From: Polyangiaceae bacterium | GTDB lineage: Bacteria; Myxococcota_A; Polyangia; Polyangiales; Polyangiaceae | DNA: 64,000 nt | Reading direction: 5' to 3' | Assembly (NCBI GenBank): GCA_044376115.1 | Contig: JBILLK010000001.1 | Location: 160,001-224,000 of the forward strand | Shown: in pieces, positions 58,402-64,000 of the stretch | Layout: each line of letters starts with the position of its first letter | Numbering within the stretch: position 1 is the stretch's first letter | Notes under the pieces: model-generated | The model's input: the letters and a program-made list of their open reading frames with translations, nothing else | What the model was told of the DNA's origin: nothing | Database searches by the model: none | Position numbers and translations under genes: made by a program

Positions 58402-59856
58402 ATGAGCGAAGACGATGATGAATCCGCGCCTTCCGTAGCGAGCGGCGTCATAGTCGCCGGCCGTTATCGGGTCGAGCGGCGCGTCGGAGCTGGCGGCATG
58501 GGTGAGGTCTACCTCGTTCAGCACGTTCACACCGACGAGCGCTTCGCCATGAAGGTGCTGCTCTCGACCGTCATCTCAGACTCGTCGGCGCTCGAGCGAT
58601 TTCGGCGTGAAGCCCGCACCCCCGCACGCATCGACAGCGACCACGTCGTGCGCGTGACCGACGCCGATGTCGCGCCCGAACTGAAGGGCGCTCCGTTCCT
58701 GGTGATGGAGTATCTGCGCGGGGAGGACCTCGATAAGTTCGTTGAGCTCAATGGGCCGATGAACCCCCAGGACGTGGTCACGTTCCTGCAGCAGATCTCC
58801 CGCGCGCTCGACAAAGCGCACGCGCTCGGGATCGTCCACCGCGACCTCAAGCCGGAGAACATCTTCATTACCCGCCGCGAAGATGGCAGCCCCTTGCTCA
58901 AGGTGCTCGACTTCGGCATCGCGAAGTTCACCTCAGGCGCCCTCGGTGATCTCGCCAACAAGACGGCAACGTCTCCCGGCCAGATTTACGGCACGCCGCT
59001 CTACATGTCGCCGGAGCAGGCCAAGGGGGACTCCAAGGGCATCGCCGCGCAGACAGATATTTGGGCGCTTGGCCTGATCGCCAGCCGAATGCTGAGCGGC
59101 CGCGACTATTGGGATGCGGAGACGCTCACGGCCTTGATTGCGCAGGTGGTTTACGAGCCGATGCGAAAGCCGTCGGAGAAGGGCATCAACTTTGGTGATG
59201 CGTACGACGCCTGGTTCCTCAAATGCTGTGACCGCGATCAATCTGCCCGCTTCGGGACGGCGGGCGAGGCCATTTTCCGGCTCGGTCAGGCGCTCGGCGT
59301 AATCGATCCGAACGCGATTTTTACTGGTGGGCCAGTCGCAATTGCGCCTCCGTCACCCTCGATGCGCTCGATTGCCCCCATCGCGGACAAGGGGCTTTCG
59401 AGGACCGAAATCCAGCTGGCCCAAACCTCCGGCACCATTCCGAATACTGGGCATCCACCGGCGCGGGCCTCACTCCTCAAGGTAGCTGTCGGGGCCACAG
59501 CGGTGGGTGCTGTGCTGGCCATCATCGTGTTCGGATTCTTGCGGCAACAAGGCAAGACTTCACACACGCCAGCCCAGCCGGAAATTGAACCGCCGACAGC
59601 AGCGGCGACAAGCCAAACGTCGGTGGCACCTGCCCCCGTTCCCACGGTAGCGCCCGTAGCCTCAACGAGCGCCCAGCCGTCAGCCGCGCCGTCGGCAGTG
59701 GTTTCAGTCAGCGCCAGCGCCGTCGCTGTAGCTCCGCCGAGTTCAACGGCGGTGCGGCCGAAAACTAGGCCCACGACTACCACGACCGTGACTCCGCCCG
59801 TTCCAGTCACCGCCGACCCCAAACCGAAGAAGAACCCGCTCGACGGTAGGCTTTAG
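58402..59856 (+). CDS. Membrane Ser/Thr protein kinase with a Pro/Thr/Ser-rich external tail
   Basis: GAGGMG, AMK, HRDLKPEN, DFG, GTPLYMSPEQ, one TM. AGAGG RBS. Confidence 0.95.
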   Translation: MSEDDDESAPSVASGVIVAGRYRVERRVGAGGMGEVYLVQHVHTDERFAMKVLLSTVISDSSALERFRREARTPARIDSDHVVRVTDADVAPELKGAPFLVMEYLRGEDLDKFVELNGPMNPQDVVTFLQQISRALDKAHALGIVHRDLKPENIFITRREDGSPLLKVLDFGIAKFTSGALGDLANKTATSPGQIYGTPLYMSPEQAKGDSKGIAAQTDIWALGLIASRMLSGRDYWDAETLTALIAQVVYEPMRKPSEKGINFGDAYDAWFLKCCDRDQSARFGTAGEAIFRLGQALGVIDPNAIFTGGPVAIAPPSPSMRSIAPIADKGLSRTEIQLAQTSGTIPNTGHPPARASLLKVAVGATAVGAVLAIIVFGFLRQQGKTSHTPAQPEIEPPTAAATSQTSVAPAPVPTVAPVASTSAQPSAAPSAVVSVSASAVAVAPPSSTAVRPKTRPTTTTTVTPPVPVTADPKPKKNPLDGRL

Positions 59857-59903
59857 CCCACTCTCGTGACCTCGGACGGTGGGCTGAGTATGCTCGCCAA
59901 CCC

Positions 59904-60947
59904 ATGATTGACTCGAAGCGTGCGACCTTCACTCGTCAAGCTTTGGCGAGCTGGCGACTGCCCGTTGCCCTCATTGCGCTGACGGGTGCTGTTGGTTCGA
60001 GCTCGCAGGCCCTGGCGGGCGACGTTGCTGCGGCAAGCCAGCTCTTCGATGAGGCTAAGGTGCTGCTGGAGGCTGGTCAGCTGGAAGCGGCCTGCAGCAA
60101 GTTCGAGGCAAGCTACGACTCCGACCCGCAGCTCGGCGCGCTGATGAACCTTGCGGATTGCCTGGAGCGTGACGGGCGGCTTGCTTCGTCGTTCGGGCGC
60201 TGGGGAGACGCGATCGATCTTGCGTCGCGCAAGGGCGATGACCGGGTTGACTACGCACGCAGCCGCCGCGAGGCGATCGCCCCGCTTTTGTCGTTCATCA
60301 CGCTCAATGTGATCGGCGAAGGAGCGGATCTGGTGGTCTACAAGGGGAACGCACGCCTATCTGCGGGAGCTTACGGCTCGGCTCTGCCGAGCAACCCTGG
60401 AGAGACGGTGATTCAGGTCGTACGCGGCGAGGATCTGCTGTGGGAAACCAAGGTCGTGCTGGATCGGGCGCAGATGCGCACCGTTGACGTACCTCTCGGA
60501 GAGATCGCCGCGAAGAATCCGACGACGGGAAAGAAGCGGCAGACCTTTGGTGAAACGCGAACAGACGCCGGCACCGAGGTCGAAGGGTTCTGGAGCAAGC
60601 TGCGCGTTGCTGGCGTCGTCGTCGGCGGCGTCGGCGTCCTCGGAGTTGGCGCTGGCTTCGCGTTTGGTGGCTTGGCCCTGAGCGAAAAATCCACCGTGGA
60701 CGAGGAGTGCACACTGCTCGGAAAAGACCGGTTCTGCACGGCCACCGGGGACGAGGCAGCCAATCGCGCGAAGGACCTAGCCACCGCGAGCACGTGGACC
60801 TTGGTCGCGTCGGGCGTGGTGGCCACCGTTGGAATCACGCTGATCATCGCAGCACCGAACGACTACGCAAAGCTCGAGGACCGCGCGTACATCGTGCCGT
60901 GGTTCGGCCCCGACGGTGGCGGCGCGAGCTTACACGGCACGTTCTAA
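59904..60947 (+). CDS. Exported TPR protein with a central beta domain and hydrophobic C-terminus
   Basis: Signal ending ALA-G, TPR (LFDEA...ACSKFEAS...ALMNLADC), Gly-rich hydrophobic hairpin with a Cys pair, terminal LHGTF. Confidence 0.78.
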   Translation: MIDSKRATFTRQALASWRLPVALIALTGAVGSSSQALAGDVAAASQLFDEAKVLLEAGQLEAACSKFEASYDSDPQLGALMNLADCLERDGRLASSFGRWGDAIDLASRKGDDRVDYARSRREAIAPLLSFITLNVIGEGADLVVYKGNARLSAGAYGSALPSNPGETVIQVVRGEDLLWETKVVLDRAQMRTVDVPLGEIAAKNPTTGKKRQTFGETRTDAGTEVEGFWSKLRVAGVVVGGVGVLGVGAGFAFGGLALSEKSTVDEECTLLGKDRFCTATGDEAANRAKDLATASTWTLVASGVVATVGITLIIAAPNDYAKLEDRAYIVPWFGPDGGGASLHGTF

Positions 60948-61008
60948 CTCGACGTTCAGCGGCCGATCCGAGGCACTCGCCAAGCGAACGTTGGCCCCCC
61001 GACGTTGG

Positions 61009-61950
61009 TTAGCCTTGGAAGAAATTGCCGAGGATCTCCTCGCCGCGCCTTCCCTCGAGCATGCGCGCTAAGCCCTCGAACGCTGGTGCCTGCACGCCTC
61101 TCGCCTTCGCGAAGGCGCAAAGACGTGGGATGAGCTCGAGCGCCTCGACGCGCAAGAAGGCCTCCTTGGTCGCGGCCTCGAGCGTTGCCCCGGTTGCCAA
61201 CGCCCGACCCAACACGACCTCTGGACGTCGGTCGAGCGCGATGGAGGCGAGCAAGTCCCCGTAGCCACCCAGCCCGTAGATCGTCGTCTCTTCCGCGCCC
61301 GCCAGAGCAGCCAGCCGACCTGCGTCGTGGACCGCCCGAGAGATGAGCGCCGCAAGTAGGCCTGGCCCAGCACCGCCAGCCTTCGCGAAGCCGACGCCCA
61401 CCGATACGCAACCCACCATCGCCGAGGCCAACTCGAGCCCGCGCATGTCGGGCGTCGAGTAGACGCGCAACCACGGCCCGCTGAAGGCCTTCGTCACGGC
61501 GGCGACCACCTCTTGATAGGCCGACCCAACCACGATCGCCGAGGCTGTTCCGTGGTGCAGCTCATCGACCTGCACCGGGCCGCCGAGCGCGCCCATGCGA
61601 CGAATCGGCGTTTCCTCCCGCAGGATGTCTCCCACGGTGTGCAGCGTACCGGCCGAGCCCTCCTCGGTCCCTTCGGGTGCGAGACCACGAATGCCGTGAA
61701 CCACCAAATGCCCGCCGTCGACGTGGTCCCCCAAACTGCGCGCGACCTCGCGAATGACGTTCGAAGGAACGGCCAGGACGATCAACTTTGCCTTGGCCAC
61801 CTCGGCGTACTGATCGGTCACGCGGATCAGCCGGCTGTCCTTCGCCTCGCGACGCGTGAGCAAGGTGACGTCATTACCGGCCCGCGCAACCGCGCGCGCC
61901 AACGCCAGACCCCAAGGCCCACCACCAACGATGCCAACCGCAAGCGTCAT
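61009..61950 (-). CDS. NAD(P)H-dependent glycerol-3-phosphate dehydrogenase-like protein with a degenerate active site
   Basis: GGGPWGLALA, LAVPS, GGP, D.RGLEL, GLGGYGDL, VEA. The LKN and SRN motifs are absent. Confidence 0.82.
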   Translation of the reverse strand: MTLAVGIVGGGPWGLALARAVARAGNDVTLLTRREAKDSRLIRVTDQYAEVAKAKLIVLAVPSNVIREVARSLGDHVDGGHLVVHGIRGLAPEGTEEGSAGTLHTVGDILREETPIRRMGALGGPVQVDELHHGTASAIVVGSAYQEVVAAVTKAFSGPWLRVYSTPDMRGLELASAMVGCVSVGVGFAKAGGAGPGLLAALISRAVHDAGRLAALAGAEETTIYGLGGYGDLLASIALDRRPEVVLGRALATGATLEAATKEAFLRVEALELIPRLCAFAKARGVQAPAFEGLARMLEGRRGEEILGNFFQG

Positions 61951-63599
61951 CGCGCACCTCCAGCAGGAGCAGCCGCGTTCGGTGAGGAAGCTCCACCGGC
62001 CTTGCTCAAGGGATCCCAGCCGAGGCCGTAGGGAATGAGACGGTTCTGGTAGTAGAGCAGGAGCTCCGGATCGAGGATGGCGATACCGTCCCTGCGCGAT
62101 TCGAGCACCGGCACCGAGTGATACCCGCCGAACGCCCGCAGCGCTCGCTCGATCAAATCGCCGCCCGACGCTGCGCGCACGAACTCACCGCACACGACCT
62201 GGCCCGCCTTCTCGAGCTCGAGCAGCAGCTCCTTGAGGTGACGCACGTCGGCGGCCAGCTCATCTCGCGGAATCACCACGTTGTCGCGTTGGCGCAAAAC
62301 GGTGAATAGGTCGGGGCGCGGTGAGGCTTTGCGCAGCCGCGCGAAACATGCCGATGCGACCAAATGCGTCGACATGATGACGGTGTTACGCGCGTAGGAA
62401 GCACAAATCTCCTCACCGAGTTCACGCGTGTATTGGGCGTCGCGATGAGCGTCCACTACGGCGCGCCCCTCGGTGTCACGGATGTAGCTTGCGGGATCGA
62501 TCGTCCGGCCGCGACGGTCGAGCGAGTTACCTTCATCATCGACAGCGTTACCGAATGGATCGATCGGCTCACCGAAGCGAATCACCACCGACCCGTTCAT
62601 CCCCAACAGCTTGCGCATGAAGGTCGTGACGCGTGAAAGTCGGCTCGATTCGTCGTCCTCGATGATGTAGCGGCTCTTGCCCGTCTCAGAGAGGAAGTCA
62701 CGAATGAGCGTCTCCGCCTCGAGCGTGATCAAGTAGTTGATCGTCGAAGGCACGAAGTAGATGCGCCGCTCACGACCGGCTCGCACCGTCCTCGCATAGG
62801 CTTCGAGCGCGCTGCCTACGAGCCCAAGCTTGAGCCGCGGCTCGACTCCGCCCGAACGCGAACGGGTACCGCCGGGGAAGAAGAGGGAGTGGTAACCGCG
62901 CTCGAGCAGCACGCACGAATAAGTCTTCAGCACGTCCTTGTAGAGCGCGTGCCGGAGCCGACGATCGACTCGGTAAGCACCGAGGTTGTGCATGAAGAAC
63001 GAGAGGATCGGGTTGGTGAACAGGTTCTTCCCAGCGCCATAGGTCGCCGGCGGTAGACCCGCTCGTTCGAGCGCGTAGCCGAACACGATCGAATCCATAT
63101 TCGACAGGTGCGTCGGCACGAAGACGAGCACGCCCTTCTTCGAGATGCGCTGCAGCTTGTCGATCGCCCCCTCGACTTTGACCTTGTCCGATAGCGCGTC
63201 CAAACTGATGAGTTCGCGCGGATTGCGCACCAAGGTCGCCAAGGTTCGCGGCGCCAGAAGGCCCGTTACGAGGCCCGGAATGATCTTCGTGGAGGCCTTG
63301 TATACGCGCGGATCAAAGTTGCCGGCGACGTCCCAGGCGTAGTCGGAGACCAGCTCGCGAAGGCGCCCCACCCGCTCGTCGTGGGTCATTCGACCGAGGG
63401 TCCGCGCTAGGCGTTGCCAATCCGCGTGACGCTCTTGGTCCTTCTTCTTGAGTGACCCCTCGAGCCGCTTGATCTCGTTGTAGGCCGCGTCATTGAGCAG
63501 GAACAACGGATCGGCCGAACCCTCGACCACCCGGTCAACTACCTCACGAACGATATCTTCGCGGGCTGCGTTAAATCCAAAAATAGGGGGCTCTGCCAC
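61947..63599 (-). CDS. PlsB-like glycerol-3-phosphate acyltransferase
   Basis: PTHLSNMD (HX4D), AGKNL, FFPGGTRSRSG, KLGL, IRFGEPI. ATGA overlap with the gpsA-like gene. Confidence 0.88.
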   Translation of the reverse strand: MAEPPIFGFNAAREDIVREVVDRVVEGSADPLFLLNDAAYNEIKRLEGSLKKKDQERHADWQRLARTLGRMTHDERVGRLRELVSDYAWDVAGNFDPRVYKASTKIIPGLVTGLLAPRTLATLVRNPRELISLDALSDKVKVEGAIDKLQRISKKGVLVFVPTHLSNMDSIVFGYALERAGLPPATYGAGKNLFTNPILSFFMHNLGAYRVDRRLRHALYKDVLKTYSCVLLERGYHSLFFPGGTRSRSGGVEPRLKLGLVGSALEAYARTVRAGRERRIYFVPSTINYLITLEAETLIRDFLSETGKSRYIIEDDESSRLSRVTTFMRKLLGMNGSVVIRFGEPIDPFGNAVDDEGNSLDRRGRTIDPASYIRDTEGRAVVDAHRDAQYTRELGEEICASYARNTVIMSTHLVASACFARLRKASPRPDLFTVLRQRDNVVIPRDELAADVRHLKELLLELEKAGQVVCGEFVRAASGGDLIERALRAFGGYHSVPVLESRRDGIAILDPELLLYYQNRLIPYGLGWDPLSKAGGASSPNAAAPAGGAR

Positions 63600-63653
63600 G
63601 CTGTTACCTCGCCGCAGAGGTGTACCAGATTTTTCGCAGATTCGACGCGCTGC

Positions 63654-64000
63654 TTAGAACGAGTCTTTGGCTTTGCGCAGCTGGGCGAAACCGCTCACCG
63701 GATCCGTGAGCCCCAGCGTCGCGAGAAAGCCCGGATCAGCCACGCGCAGAAAGGGGTTGTGCCGCTTCTCGTCGGCGATCGTGCTGGGTACCGTAGCGAT
63801 ACCCGCTGCCCGGGCCTTCTCGGCGCGCGCGAGCAACTCACGCACCGCAGCGTTGTCAGCATCGACCGAAATCGCGAAGCGCGCGTTGGCCACGGTGTAC
63901 TCGTGACCGCAATAAACGCGGGTATCGTCCGGGAGGCTCGCGAGCTCATCGAGCAGCGAGTGGCTCATCATCTTGGCGTCGCCTTCGAACATGCGGCCGC
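63654..64000 (-). CDS. gloB: Hydroxyacylglutathione hydrolase, C-terminal part (5' end outside the window)
   Basis: GRMFEG, LPDDTRVYCGHEYT..N..FA, TVPSTIADEK..NPFLR, LRKAKDSF. Confidence 0.93.
   Translation of the reverse strand, partial: GRMFEGDAKMMSHSLLDELASLPDDTRVYCGHEYTVANARFAISVDADNAAVRELLARAEKARAAGIATVPSTIADEKRHNPFLRVADPGFLATLGLTDPVSGFAQLRKAKDSF

Noticed and set aside
59853..59887. TTAGCCCAC...GTGGGCTGA inverted repeat as CIRCE or terminator
   Set aside because: Wrong sequence and spacing for CIRCE, long loop and no U-tract; it overlaps a candidate promoter.
1..64000. CRISPR arrays, tRNA/rRNA, IS elements, prophage
   Set aside because: No regularly spaced repeats, RNA gene signatures, transposase, integrase or phage genes were seen; intergenic gaps are all short (under ~300 bp).

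Overview
A gene-dense, GC-rich chromosomal segment that looks like Myxococcota, probably Polyangiaceae/Sorangiineae. This is inferred from a RomR-like regulator beside valS, several Hanks-type Ser/Thr kinases, a FecR-TPR anti-sigma/ECF pair, and GYF and TPR proteins with Pro-rich linkers. About 46 coding regions. Housekeeping: argC, argD, prlC, rlmI-like, hemB, hemD, valS, rluD-like, hrcA, fur, grpE, dnaK, rplM-rpsI, gpsA-like, plsB-like, partial gloB. Accessory/signalling: DUF58-vWA-vWA cluster, heterodimeric ABC exporter, NrtR plus amidinotransferase-fold enzyme, GT39 glycosyltransferase, extensin-like protein, OM beta-barrel. No rRNA, tRNA, CRISPR, transposase, integrase or phage genes were seen. 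Most unusual signals: (1) an intact 756-aa P1B-ATPase-like ORF with every catalytic and metal-binding motif replaced, co-transcribed with argD; (2) other intact apparent pseudoenzymes (GpsA-like without the catalytic Lys, a pseudokinase-NTPase coupled to dnaK, an eroded CobA remnant on HemD); (3) a histone-H1-like protein directly followed by a protein-lysine methyltransferase; (4) a recurring -10 hexamer 6-9 nt before start codons, suggesting widespread leaderless transcription; (5) a Ser/Thr kinase split by a 1-nt frameshift. All assignments come from motif recognition by eye; no database searches were run.
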